Notes under the pieces: generated by a model
What the model was told of the DNA's origin: nothing
Database searches by the model: none
What the model saw: the letters and a program-made list of their open reading frames with translations, nothing else
Part shown: piece by piece, positions 48,196 to 59,393 of the stretch
How the letters are laid out: each line of letters starts with the position of its first letter
How positions within the stretch are numbered: position 1 is the first letter of the stretch
Program-made: the position numbers and the translations under genes
Origin: Octopus sinensis
Lineage: Eukaryota
Length of the DNA: 64,000 nt
Reading direction: 5' to 3'
NCBI RefSeq assembly: GCF_006345805.1
Contig: NC_043001.1
Coordinates: 25,296,001 to 25,360,000, forward strand

Positions 48196-48709
48196 GAGGG
48201 GCCGTTCCTATTCTTGGGTGCCTTTGGTGGAGTCCGCCTGTTGTAAGCATTTGTGCTAGATCTCTAGTCCTGAGGATATCTTCTTTACACCAATCTCAAT
48301 GTTGCCTTCCTTCTTTGATGTGACTATAGCAGAAAAAAAAGAAAGCTTAAACTTGAAAAAATACTCTAGTCAAAAAGCCAAAGTTCAACATTGGCTTTGC
48401 TCAGTGGGCAAGACTCAGTTCTTTTTATATCATGTAAAGAACAGATTCACAAAAATTAGTTGAATCTCTGGCAAGTATTGAAAAATAACAAAGACCTCTA
48501 ATTCACCAGATGTATAGTAATACCTAACTGTAAGTACATCCTTAAAATGACATCCATATATTGTCCAATGGCTAAGACACTATGTGGTATCTTAACAGAG
48601 TTTATCTTGTTATCTAGGTGACCTAATTAGCACTGAATGTGGATGTAGAGACTAATATAGCAATGGGAGATATTTAAGGAACTGTTGTCACTATTTGGCA
48701 ACAAAGAAG

Positions 48710-48715
48710 TTCTCT

Positions 48716-48754
<39 letters not shown>

Positions 48755-48772
48755 TGCTCTCTCTCTCTCTCC
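48710..48772. repeat. (CT)n microsatellite
   Basis: Direct reading. Confidence 0.95.
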
Positions 48773-48904
48773 CCCATGGGTTGATTTTAAGAAGCATGTG
48801 TAGAAAATTAATGCTGTGTGGGAGTGACACATTGGCATTGAACCTAGAAAGGAGGTGAGTATGAGCTGTTGTATGTACAACTTGCATTATGGCTGAACTA
48901 CAAG

Positions 48905-49105
48905 GGTGCTAACAAAGAGTCCCGTCTGCCGTTACGTTCTGAGTTCAAATTCCGCCAAGGTCGACTTTACCTTTCATCCTTTCGGGGGGGTCGATTAAAT
49001 AAGTACCAGTTACGCACTGGGGTCGATATAATCGACTTGATCCTTTTGTCTGTTTTTGTTTGTCCCCTCTATATTTAGTCCCTTGTGGGCAATAAAGAAA
49101 TAAAT
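48905..49105 (+). mobile_element. SINE B1, 5'-truncated
   Basis: cgtctgccgttacgttctgagttcaaattccgccaaggtcgac...gtgggcaataaagaaataaa. Confidence 0.9.
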
Positions 49106-49469
49106 ATACATGTACAGGGAAAGATAACTATAGCAGGAAAAAAAAGACTAAAAAATGATAAAGATGGATCTTAAGATGTTGGGCCTCAAATACAATAACT
49201 TAGTATCACAATAACAAATTTATTTCGTGTTATACAGCTGAACTTGTCCAAACCATATCAACTTTGGGAAATGGATATTAAAAGGAGGATGGTAATATGT
49301 TTTTGCTTTAGGTTGATGATATTCATATAGACTTTTATTCTTTTACTAATTTCAGTAATTGGACTGTGGTACTGCTTTCAAGTCATATCAGCCTTTCCTA
49401 ATTTTTTTAAAGTTATCAAACCACCTTCTTATTGAATGTAAATGGACAAATTAAACAACACAGATTTCT

Positions 49470-49502
<33 letters not shown>

Positions 49503-49672
49503 CCATATATATTTTTTCTACTCTAAGCACTAGGCCCAAAATTTTGGGGGAGGGGGCCAGTTGATTAGATTGACACCCAATTTGCAATGTGATTGTGCAT
49601 ATTAGTCAATATAAAGGCTAAAAAGGAAAATGCTGTGATAATAGAAGAATCAGACATTACAAGTGTAGCATA

Positions 49673-50005
49673 ATATGTACATTATTTACATTTGACAGAT
49701 ATTTGTCCTCATCTTGTTTGTTGATAACAGTATGTTTCGGCTGATATACCAGCCAGCCTTCATCAGGTGTCTTGGGGAAATTTTGAACCTAGGTTCTCAT
49801 TCCTAAGGTATTTTTTGATGTTATTATTATTATTCAGGTCACTGCCTGGAATCAAACTCGGAATCTTGAGGTTAGTAGCCTGCGCTCTTAACCACTACGC
49901 CATATGCCTGTGGCCGAATTGTTGTGTTAGCAACAAGCAAGATGAGGACAAATATCCATCAAATGTAAATAATGTACATAATTCCTCATCTCTTAAATAT
50001 AGAAC
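49673..50005 (-). mobile_element. tRNA-headed element with Penelope-like pLTR, hammerhead and inverted partial pLTR; 9-bp TSD
   Basis: Minus strand: head TGGCGTAGTGGTTAAG...GAGTTTGATTCC, (AAT)n, hammerhead, then tail; about 68-bp inverted arms 49673-49741 and 49912-49980; tgtagcata at 49664 and 50006. Confidence 0.8.
49726..49771 (-). ncRNA. Type-I hammerhead ribozyme motif (stems I and III partly decayed)
   Basis: GACAC-CUGAUGA-A-GGCUG[GCUGGUAUAU]CAGCC-GAAA-CAUA-CUGUU: perfect core and 5-bp stem II; the other arm keeps GUU-GUGUU, which restores stem I GACAC/GUGUU. Confidence 0.72.
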
Positions 50006-50599
50006 TGTAGCATACTATGTTAGCTGATGTTGTTTTGGAGTAAGATAAGTCTGTGAATAAAAGACCATTCAATGGTTTCAGAAAAATATTTCATTGAATG
50101 AAATTAAATTTTTTTTTAGTTTTTTTTTTAGTTTTTAATTTCAACTTATAAAGTAATCAACCTGAATGAAGTTAATTGAAAAGTGAAAATATATTTAAAC
50201 ACTTTACAAAACTATTTCCTTCTCACTATTCACATCTTTCACCAAAACTTTCTCTTTTAATTATTTTATCTTCTGTTTCCATACCTGTTAGTTTTCTCAT
50301 TAATACACCGAGTTGTCAACAAATTATTTCTTGATTTGTTTTCCATGCTTTAGAGTAACAAGCCTTTTCTGTTTTTTTTCCTCTCTCTCACTTGGTTTAT
50401 ACAGTTTGTCTAAATCATTGCCTTTTATTAAAAGTTTTACTCATGGCAATTCAATCTTGCCTATCTAGCTATATATACATTTCACTAAACTAATTCTTCT
50501 ATGATTGCTGGTTCGTCGTTTACTTTCATTTTCAGGGCTTCACCATATCTTGGATATTAGGTTTCAAATGGTTCTCGCAATCAGTCTTATTTTATTTCT

Positions 50600-50838
50600 T
50601 ATTCTTATTTCTTTATTGCCCACAAGGGGCTAAATATAGAGGGGACAAACAAGGACAGACAAAGGGATTAAGTTGATTACATCGACTCCAGTGCGTAACT
50701 GGTACTTATTTAAGCAACCTCAGAAAGGATGAGAGGCTAAGTCGACCTCGGCGGAATTTGAACTCAGAACGTAGCAGCAGATGAAATACAGCTACGCATT
50801 TCGCCCAGCGTGCTAACATTTCTGCCAGCTCGCTGCCT
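50600..50838 (-). mobile_element. SINE B1
   Basis: Full-length high-identity copy; possible TSD cttatt(t/c)tatt. Confidence 0.92.
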
Positions 50839-50915
50839 TATTCTATTAAACAAAGTTATGAAATATCAAAACGTTTCACCAGAAATCACTCTGTTTACTA
50901 GTTTCCCCTCTTCTA

Positions 50916-51169
50916 TTCGGTTGGTGCACAATTATTGCGGCTTTTTTTTCGACAACTTTTATTCAACAAGAACAATAGTAACATGTAACAAAAACATCTT
51001 TAAACGATTATTCTGGAGCATATTCACCATCTACTTCAATTGCTGCTTCCCATTTGCTTGGCAGACGGTCAGACTGTCATATTTAAAGATGTTTTTGTTA
51101 AATATTGTTATTGTTTTTGTTGAATAAAATTTGTTGGAAAAAAGCCACAATAATTATGCACCGGCCCAA
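50916..51169. mobile_element. Mariner-derived MITE with about 90-bp TIRs
   Basis: ta-TTCGGTTGGTGCACAATTATTGCGGCTT / AAGCCACAATAATTATGCACCGGCCCAA-ta; centre encodes DRLPSKWEAAIEVDGEYAPE* on the minus strand (mariner C-terminus). Confidence 0.88.
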
Positions 51170-51276
51170 TATATATATGCTTTAGGTAAATTTAAAGGAT
51201 TGGAATTTAAAGAAATGGCAGCTGATAGGTTTCCTCTCTCTCTTTAGATAACTAGCAACTAAAATTGAGTGTATCT

Positions 51277-51449
51277 TTGCATGGCTGTGTGGTTAAGTTT
51301 GCAGATGGTTTCAGATTCAGTCCCTCTGTATTCTACCTTTGGCGAATGTCTTCTACTAAAGCCCCAGCCAACTGAAGCTTTGTAAGTGGATTTGGTGGAT
51401 AGAAACTAAAAGAAGCCCATCATATATGATGTGTGTGTGTGTGTATATC

Positions 51450-51490
<41 letters not shown>

Positions 51491-51549
51491 GTGTATATGT
51501 GTGTGTATATATGTGTGTGTGTGTGTGTATATATGTGTGTGTGTGTATG

Positions 51550-51586
<37 letters not shown>

Positions 51587-51750
51587 ATATATCTATGTAT
51601 GTACGTATGGTTGTGTAACCTTGTCTTGACATATCATGATAGTTGTAAATGAATTCATTTCCAATAGCCTGCAAAAGCATAGTTGCCCATGAATAAATAT
51701 TACTTGCTTGGAAACAGGTACGGGTTGGCAACAGGAAGGGCACCTGGCTA
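51277..51750 (+). mobile_element. SINE family G with expanded central (TA)/(TG) array
   Basis: A-type head to aagaagcccat, about 180 bp compound microsatellite (51420-51605), then gtgtaaccttgtcttgacat...ggaaacaggtacgggttggcaacaggaagggcacc. Confidence 0.8.
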
Positions 51751-51840
51751 TCCTCTCCATTATGCATTGTTTCTTCTTTCTGTATGTATTTGTGTGTGTG
51801 CATGCATGCTAGATAGATAGACAGACAGACACATAGACTA

Positions 51841-52719
51841 TATCATAAGAATTTAGAAATTTTGAGAGACATGAAATAAATCATTATTAAAAGTGGAACT
51901 CAACTCAAAACAGATTAAGCTATGAGTTATCACATGTAAAAAATATTTGGTCTTTAACTTTTTCTATCCAAGGGTTTTTTGTTGTTGTTTTTTTTAACAC
52001 ACTATTAGTTATAGCTTTATCAGCTTTGAACTCCACCATTAAAATCTACATAATTTGATTAAACATTTTCCAAGAAACAAGTCTTCCTAACAGCTACTTG
52101 AATTGGTATCTTTTAATTTGAAAATTATGCAGTGGCTGTTTTCAGAGGATCATTAGAAAAGTTATATTGGGGGAAAATCTATTGAAATATGCAAATTCCT
52201 CTTTGTTCAATGTTTCTACGATATAAACCTCTTCAAAAAAGTTTTTGATAATGTTGGTTAAACAAAAACTTACAGATAATGGAAAGAGTATAAAAAAGAA
52301 AGATACTTGAAGAAACAAATGGACTCCTATTAATAATTTACTACCCGTGCTAGCATGGAAAACGGACGTTAAACGATGATGATGATACATTGTAAAGAAT
52401 AAATAATTCAAGAAGATGCTTGCTTGAATACTTTCTGTAATATTATATAATAAATCCCATTTTTATTTGTTTTTTATATTATGATCTATCCTTTATATCT
52501 CTTTTACTCTCTCTTTTACACTTTTACTTGTTTCAGTCATGTGACTGTGGCCATGCTGGAGCATTGCCTTTAGTCGAGTAAATCAGCCCCAGGACTTATT
52601 CTTTGTAAGCCTAGTACTTATTCTATCGGTCTCTTTTGCCGAACTGCTAAGTTACGGGGACGTAAACGCACCAGCATTGGTTGTCAAGCGATGTTGGGGG
52701 GACAAACACAGACACACAT

Positions 52720-52774
<55 letters not shown>

Positions 52775-52998
52775 TACGACAGGCTTCTTTCAGTTTCTGT
52801 CTACCAAATCCACTCACAAGGCTTTGGTCGGCCTGAGGCTATAGTAGAAGACACTTGCCCATACCATTGCATAGAAAAACTTAAAGGCCAAATATTTACA
52901 TGTGATAATTCATAGCTTGATCTGTTTTGAGTTGAATTCCACTTTTAAAAATTATTTATTCATGTCTCTCAAAATTTCTAAATTCTTATAACATGATA
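51841..52998. mobile_element. Foldback-like element with about 130-bp inverted arms
   Basis: 51845-51973 is the reverse complement of 52864-52989; the interior carries a C tail and a SINE A. Confidence 0.7.
52497..52860 (-). mobile_element. SINE family A, 5'-truncated
   Basis: Tail tactctctcttttac, body, (TA)n, ends at agacacttgccca. Confidence 0.9.
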
Positions 52999-53029
52999 TA
53001 TATCTATATCTCTCTATCTCTCTATCTAT

Positions 53030-53084
<55 letters not shown>

Positions 53085-53086
<2 letters not shown>

Positions 53087-53460
53087 TGCAGAGGCACAAA
53101 ACTCTCTTTCCATTTTAAATTTGACCACTCCCAATATTTTTTTCTTTTTCCTGTGGGGTTCCCTTAAAGACAGAGTTTACATAAACAAGCCCCCAACATT
53201 CCACAAACTGAAGAATAATATTCAACAAGAAATTGGAGCATTGGAAGCCAGATACATTCCAAGCTGTCATGGAGCGCTGCCTAGAAAGGGTTTGACTTTG
53301 CAAGACTGAAAATAGAAGGCATTTGTGGGATGTGAAATCTCACAATTAGTTCCAAATAATTTCCAACATCCACAAGATGTACATCTAAAGTGAAAATTCC
53401 TTTACATTTTTTATTAAAAAAAGTTACTCAGATTTTGAAATGAAGAGTAACTTTGGACAC
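53085..53460 (+). mobile_element. Tc1/mariner-superfamily (DD37D/maT-like) transposase C-terminal remnant
   Basis: LNLTTPNIFFFFLWGSLKDRVYINKPPTFHKLKNNIQQEIGAL resembles the DLTP.DFFLWG.LK..VY..KP.T...LK..I..EI signature. Confidence 0.75.
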
Positions 53461-53534
53461 ACACAAGCACACACACACATACATACATATAAATATATAT
53501 ATCTGTCTACTTGTCTATCTATCTTTTTATCTCT

Positions 53535-53572
<38 letters not shown>

Positions 53573-54329
53573 GCACTCTTTTACTCTGAGCTAAGTAATC
53601 CTCATCACTATAAAATCAGTTTTTCATTAAATTAAAGTTACATTTGCTGGGGGTGTCATGTTAATATATTGAAGATGATATTTATTAAATGAAATTACCA
53701 ATGTGCAATTTAATTATAAATTAAATTTATGTTCATTTTCTCCCTGTGGTGTCTCTTGTTGCTATGTATTCCCAAGTTTCTATTTAAATATTTTTCTACA
53801 TAATTTTCATGTTAAATTTGATTCCTTCTAATTTCCTGAATTCCTCTTTGTTAAAATATCTCCAGTAATTACTTACCTCCTTCACCATAGCAATAACATT
53901 TAAACCTTAAGGTATAATAGCTAATAGAGAATGTTAAATGTTATAAATACTTGGGTTGCTAGGAGTAAACTTCAACATTCACTCAATAGATGGAAATGAA
54001 TTAACACTTCACTAACTGTTGTTCAGATTACTACATTGGAAGATAGAATTCCAATGTGGACTTCATAGATAGTTGGTTTGCATTTTAATGTTTTCTTAAA
54101 GTTTCCCTCCTGGGTTGAAATCTTATTCAAATTTAGTTTACTTGGAGTGGTCCAGTATCTGAAATAAGTGACAAAATTAAATGCTCAAAATATTGAGTTT
54201 GTTGTTAGTTAGATGCTTCAAAGTTGACCTAAGCTGTCTAATTTTAAAATTTCCTTGGACCTTTTGACAGGTCTTATTCTTCTATCAAAACCTCCACTGG
54301 ACACACCTAGTAGGTTAGCTGATTTAGTT

Positions 54330-54612
54330 GCCAGTGCCGCTGGACTGGCTCCTGTGCAGGTGGCACGTAAAAAACACCATTTTGAGCATGGTCGATGCCA
54401 GTACCGCCTGACTGGCCCTCATGCCGGTGGCACATAAAAGCACCCACTACACTCTCGGAGTAGTTGGCATTAGGAAGGGCATCCAGCTGTAGAAACTCTG
54501 CCAGATGAGATTGGAGCCTGGTGCAACCATCTGGTTCACCAATCCTCAGTCAAATCGTCCAACCCATGCCAGCATGGAAAGCCGATGTTAAGCAATGATT
54601 GATGATGATGAT
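54330..54612 (+). mobile_element. Family C element
   Basis: gtgcaggtggcacgtaaaaaacacc...gttggcattaggaagggcatccagctgtagaaac...gatgatgatgat. Confidence 0.88.
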
Positions 54613-55204
54613 CTGATAATGAGTATATTACCAGCTTGCCCTTGAATACCTTTAGCACAGTCAACTCTGGTCTAATGTTAACTTGCTCAATTCTGCTCAC
54701 TAATCTCATAAGATGTTCTGGTATGAGTTTGAGGGAGATTTTGAAGTAGATGTTACTGATAATTTGAAATGACTACAAAGAGGCTCCCTACTGAGCTCCT
54801 AAATCCTAAAAGGTGCTGAATGTCAATTTCCAATTGCTTTATGACCCCCACCCCAACAAATCCAAACCATTTCTTTCTTGATATATTTGAGACTGTGTGA
54901 TGCTAACTGCCAAGTGACAGGATACAAATTGTTAATCCAGGGTTTGTCAGTATTTTGTTTGTTTTAGATCTTAGCAGCTCTTCAGAATCAGTTGAAGAAC
55001 TAGAAAAGGAGTGTAGTTGGGTTCTAAAGGTACCTGATAAATATGACTAGAACTAGGACATTAAATGATTAGTCATCTTACAGCAGATTGTATAATCAGT
55101 AACAATTCAAGAAATGTAATGAAATTTTATGACAGTTTCACATTTTGAATCATATTTTTTTTTTTTTTTTTTCCTGTTATTTTGACTACTAGTGTTTATC
55201 CTGC

Positions 55205-55440
55205 CATCATCATCCTTCAACATCCGTTTTCCATACTGGCACAGGTTGGATAGTTTGACCAGAACTAGCAAGCTGGGGAGCTGCACCAAGTTCTAGCTTG
55301 ACTTGGCTTGGTCCCTATAGCTGGGTGCCCTTCCTAACACCAACCACTTTACAGTGTGTGCTGAGTGCTTTTAATGTAGCACTGCACAAGCACTTTTACA
55401 TGGCACCAACATGAGTACTTTTTACATGACACTGACACAT
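55205..55440 (-). mobile_element. Family C element, degenerate
   Basis: catcatcatccttcaacatccgttttccatactggcac...gggtgcccttcctaacaccaaccactttacag. Confidence 0.8.
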
Positions 55441-55925
55441 GATTTTTGCAGGCCAATCCTCTTCACCAGGGGAGCAGCCTTAAAACATTTCTGCTGTGGA
55501 GGGCAGGTCTTCTTGAATTAAGAAAATAAAGAACTAGTCATGTATTGAGATTGATGGTATCAACTTAGCCCCTCCTCTCAAAATGGGGTTATCTTGTGTC
55601 TTAAATCAGAAATCATCACATGGTTACCAAAGTTTTACCTGTTCTCTCTGTAAAAATATGAATTGTTAAAATTCTGACACCCATTTTTTCATGAGTCTTA
55701 AGAATGATTTTACCATTTGATAGCTTCCTTGAGTTAACTGATCGATGGAAACATAATTCCTTTGATAACCTCGTGACTTTATGACATTAGTTTAAGGCTT
55801 TGATTAATTATCGATTGCATTTCTAAATTTTAATTTCAGTGTCTCTGTAATTATTAAAATATCAAATATTTTGAGAAATTTTCATGTCTCTAAATTTTTA
55901 AATGTTTTTTTGTTTCATATTGCAG

Positions 55926-55969
55926 GTGAGTTGTACAGAAATGATTTTTTGGATTTTTTCATTTGTCAG
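55926..55969 (+). other. 44-nt exon-like unit bounded by two polyY-CAG|GTRAGT sites
   Basis: tttttttgtttcatattgcag|GTGAGT...ttttttcatttgtcag|gtaagt; open as (G)ELYRNDFLDFFICQ or VSCTEMIFWIFSFV. Confidence 0.45.
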
Positions 55970-56334
55970 GTAAGTTTATATATTCCCTACTTTTCATCAA
56001 GACCCAAAATATCGGAATAGAATATGTTTTAAAAGGAAGAAACTATTCTAGCTCATCATATTCACTACCTTTTTCATATTTGCCCCAAAATGAAAGATGT
56101 CAGAAAGACCAGCAGAAGGGATTTTGTTGTTGAAGAAATACTACTATATTCTGTCATAACATCAGTAGTTAGGGTTTTTTGTGTATTAAGGATTTCAAAT
56201 TAATAAAATAGCAAGAAAAACTTACAGCTCAAAAAAAAAAAAATAGAGAAAATGTTTTTGTATTTTGTTTTATTTGAATTTTGCTAACATTAATTATGTG
56301 ATGGTTAACTGTTATTAACTAATTGAAATGGTAT

Positions 56335-56655
56335 GAAGGCATGTGGCTTAGTGGTTAAGATATTTGGCTCATAATCATATGGTTGTGAGTTCAATTCCCA
56401 GTAATACATTGTGTCCTTGAGCAAGGCACTTTATTTCATATTACTCCAGTCCACTCCGCCAGCAAAATTTATTTGTATCTGCATTTCAAAGGACCAGCCT
56501 TGTCACATTCTGTGTCATGCTGAATCTCCCTGAGGACTATATCAAGGGTATGCAGTGTCTGTGGAGTGCTCAGCCACTTGCACATTAGTTTCACGAGCAT
56601 GCTGTTCAATTGATCGGACCAACTGGAACACTCCTCATCATAATCAATGGAGTGG
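56335..56655 (+). mobile_element. SINE family E
   Basis: catgtggcttagtggttaag, gagttcaattccc, tgtgtccttgagcaaggcactt; matches 9175-9492. Confidence 0.82.
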
Positions 56656-57921
56656 TGATAGTAATTGGAATAGTAAGGTCCAAGGGAACTATTGGTAGTC
56701 TGCATTGGAAATAGTTCAAACAAACAGCTCATATGGTGAATTAATTAGCTTGCTGTGAAGAAAGGAAGAGGTTTGATGCTTTGATCAGAGCTCTTCACAG
56801 AAGGAACGGTTGCCGCTCAAAATATCAGTTGTCTCCTCTTTCTCATTCCACTTACTTATTTTACTTGGTAGTTATGAGCTGATATTTGAAGTGTCTATGT
56901 ATCATATTATCGTCTTTTTTTTTCTTTTTCTGTTTTTCTAATCATGGTGTTTGTTCTTTGTCATAAAAAAAAAGATGTATTCATTTAAAAATCTAGGATT
57001 GTACTGCATATTTTTGTGTTATTAATATGGAGGAATAAATTCTTCTCAAGTACTTCTGCAAACGGTGAAAGTTGAGCATTACTTGTTTGGGTTGTTTTTT
57101 TTTTGGGGGGGGGGGGTTTCCTCTAAAAATATATCATTCTGTATTTCTAGTGAAGAATTGGCAAGGTGAATAAATTATTAGACTCTTTTTTTCTCATATT
57201 TTGCCATAGGCTCCTAAATATTACCTGTCTCAAATTTATCTAACTGAAACTTTAGTTCCAGTTTCAAAGAGAAAGTAATTTCTCTTGAGATTATACCCCA
57301 CTTAATTAAAATCTAACTTCTTGCTGAAATCAAAACTAAGTGCCAATCTTATGAGACTTCTAGCGTGTTGTAAGTTCCATACATGCTTGTATACATCTTT
57401 CAAGCAATAAATTCAGATTTTTAAATTAAAATCTATTATGAAATAATTTCTAACAAAACTTAACAGCAATGGAGAAGGTGAAGTTAGACATTTCAGAGCA
57501 AAATTGATCAATGAAGAATATTTTTGATTTGAGGCAGCATGGAAACACAAAGAAAGCAATGCTTTTAATTAAACATGAAACTAAATTAAAGTTCCCAAAT
57601 ATCAATTTATTTATTATTTCCATTTAATGTAATGAGTTTTCCTCTAGGATATACTGTAATATTTCAACATTTAAGTGGAGATCACAAACATTTTTTTATT
57701 TCTCCTTTTATCTCTATAATAGCAATTTCTAGATATGTAAGTTAGAACTGAAAACCATTAACACTTTTATTACATGTGGGTACATATTAAATGTATCCTC
57801 TTGTTGGTTAGATTTGTCTGGTACTTTTCTATACACAACATTTTCCTGTGCAATTTTTTTCTATAACATTCTTCTGTTATCTGATACTAAGAATAATTCC
57901 TTTTTTTTTTTTTATTCATAC

Positions 57922-58063
57922 CTACAGCCAGTTTGCAAAAGCCCCACTAAATACTGCAGTACTATCGCTGCCAGTAGACTTAGAATGCTCACTTGTTGTA
58001 CATGTTGACTAGAGGTCTGTCTTGGTGTTATTGCACTCTGCTCTGTCTTCACCTCAGCAGTAT
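57922..58063 (-). CDS. Candidate internal exon (D)TAEVKTEQSAITPRQTSSQHVQQVSILSLLAAIVLQYLVGLLQTGC(R/S), hydrophobic segment
   Basis: Acceptor tttctttttctattgctag, donor AG|gtatga, 142 nt; only one minus frame is open. Confidence 0.5.
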
Positions 58064-58404
58064 CTAGCAATAGAAAAAGAAATTGCTCTTTTAAGGTCAA
58101 CAATAGAAGCATTATGTCAAGAAAATACATATATAATACGCAGTTTTTTGGGAGTTTTTTTTTTCAAGAATATAGAAACAGATTAAAATATTTCTAACTC
58201 CTTATCTTTGCTTAAGTCTGTTTGATTTTTGCTTGCATTTATTCCTTTATAAAGGTTCCCAATTATGAATTGGCAATATTAGTTATCAAAGTAAAATTTA
58301 GGAAAGTACTTGCTGTATGTAATTGTTTAAAAGCTACCAGCAGATAGTGATTATTCCCTTTCTTGCAGGGTTTATAGAAATAATCATTGGGTTTTGCTTG
58401 GACT

Positions 58405-58685
58405 GTCATCATCATTATCATCATCATTTAACGTCCGCTTTCCATGCTAGCATGGGTTGGACGATTTTGACTAAGGGCTGGCGAACCAGATGGCTGCACC
58501 AGGCCCCAATCTTGATCTGGCAGAGTTTCTACACCTGGATGCCCTTCCTAACACCAACCACTCCGAGAGTGGAGTGGGTGCTTTTTACGTGCCACCGGCA
58601 CAGGGGCCAGTCAGGCAGTACTGGTAATGACCTCGCTCGAATCTTCTTACACATGCCACCGGCACAGGTGCCAGTGAGGCGACAT
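58405..58685 (-). mobile_element. Family C element
   Basis: catcatcattatcatcatcatttaacgtccgctttccatgctagc... with subrepeats. Confidence 0.9.
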
Positions 58686-58959
58686 CTCTGCTTTTATATC
58701 CACAGTATGTTTTTAGCTAAGAATAGATATCTAAATAAGTACATGGTTTCCCCTAACAGCCAGTTAGGAGATAATCATTTCTTCATAATATTTGGTGGGT
58801 TTTGAAGTTTGAATTTGAAATTAAAGAAAAAAGATGCATAAAATGCACTTTTTTATTGCTTATGTTTGTGTACACACCTACACATCAAAGTCACTAGCCC
58901 TTATTCATCCACTTACACATTCACACACTTAACCATGCGTAACTGCTAAATCTCCAGGG

Positions 58960-59118
58960 TTTTTTCATTCTCTCTCTGTTTATTTTCACTTATTCCTTTC
59001 TGTTGAAGAGTGTAAGCTCAAAATGCAAAAGACATTTTCATTTTCCTGAGCGTCAAACTAATACACCTGCTTTTTGTTCATACACCTATCTTCATCTTTT
59101 TTTTTTTATATAAATTTC

Positions 59119-59195
<77 letters not shown>

Positions 59196-59360
59196 GTTAG
59201 CCACTACACACATTTTTTTCTCTCCTTGTTTTTTCTGTGTCCCTTTCTGTAGAAGAGCGTAGGCTCGAAACGTAAAATACTTTTTCTATTCCTGAGCATT
59301 ATACTAATACAGCTGTTTGTTTTGTACACCATCTGTCTTCATCTTTTGTTTTTTTTGTAA
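58960..59360 (+). mobile_element. Two tandem Penelope-like pLTR units separated by (TA)n(GA)n
   Basis: Direct repeats cctttctgt.gaagag.gta.gctc.aaa.g.aaaa.ac.ttt...ttcctgagc.t.a.actaataca.ctg..ttt...tcttcatctttt at about 58965-59100 and 59215-59360. Confidence 0.7.
59243..59278 (+). ncRNA. Minimal hammerhead-like motif with core variant (CUGUAGA)
   Basis: CUUU-CUGUAGA-A-GAGC[GUAG]GCUC-GAA-ACGU-A-AAAU; the sister copy has AAAG, completing stem I. Confidence 0.5.
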
Positions 59361-59393
59361 ACTCTCCCTATATATCTATCTGTATATATATAT

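Noticed and set aside
48240-48325. Strong minus-strand acceptor at about 48325
   Set aside because: All frames close within 22 codons and there is no good donor.
58323-58805. 160-aa plus-strand ORF (longest in the track)
   Set aside because: Mostly the antisense of a family C element.
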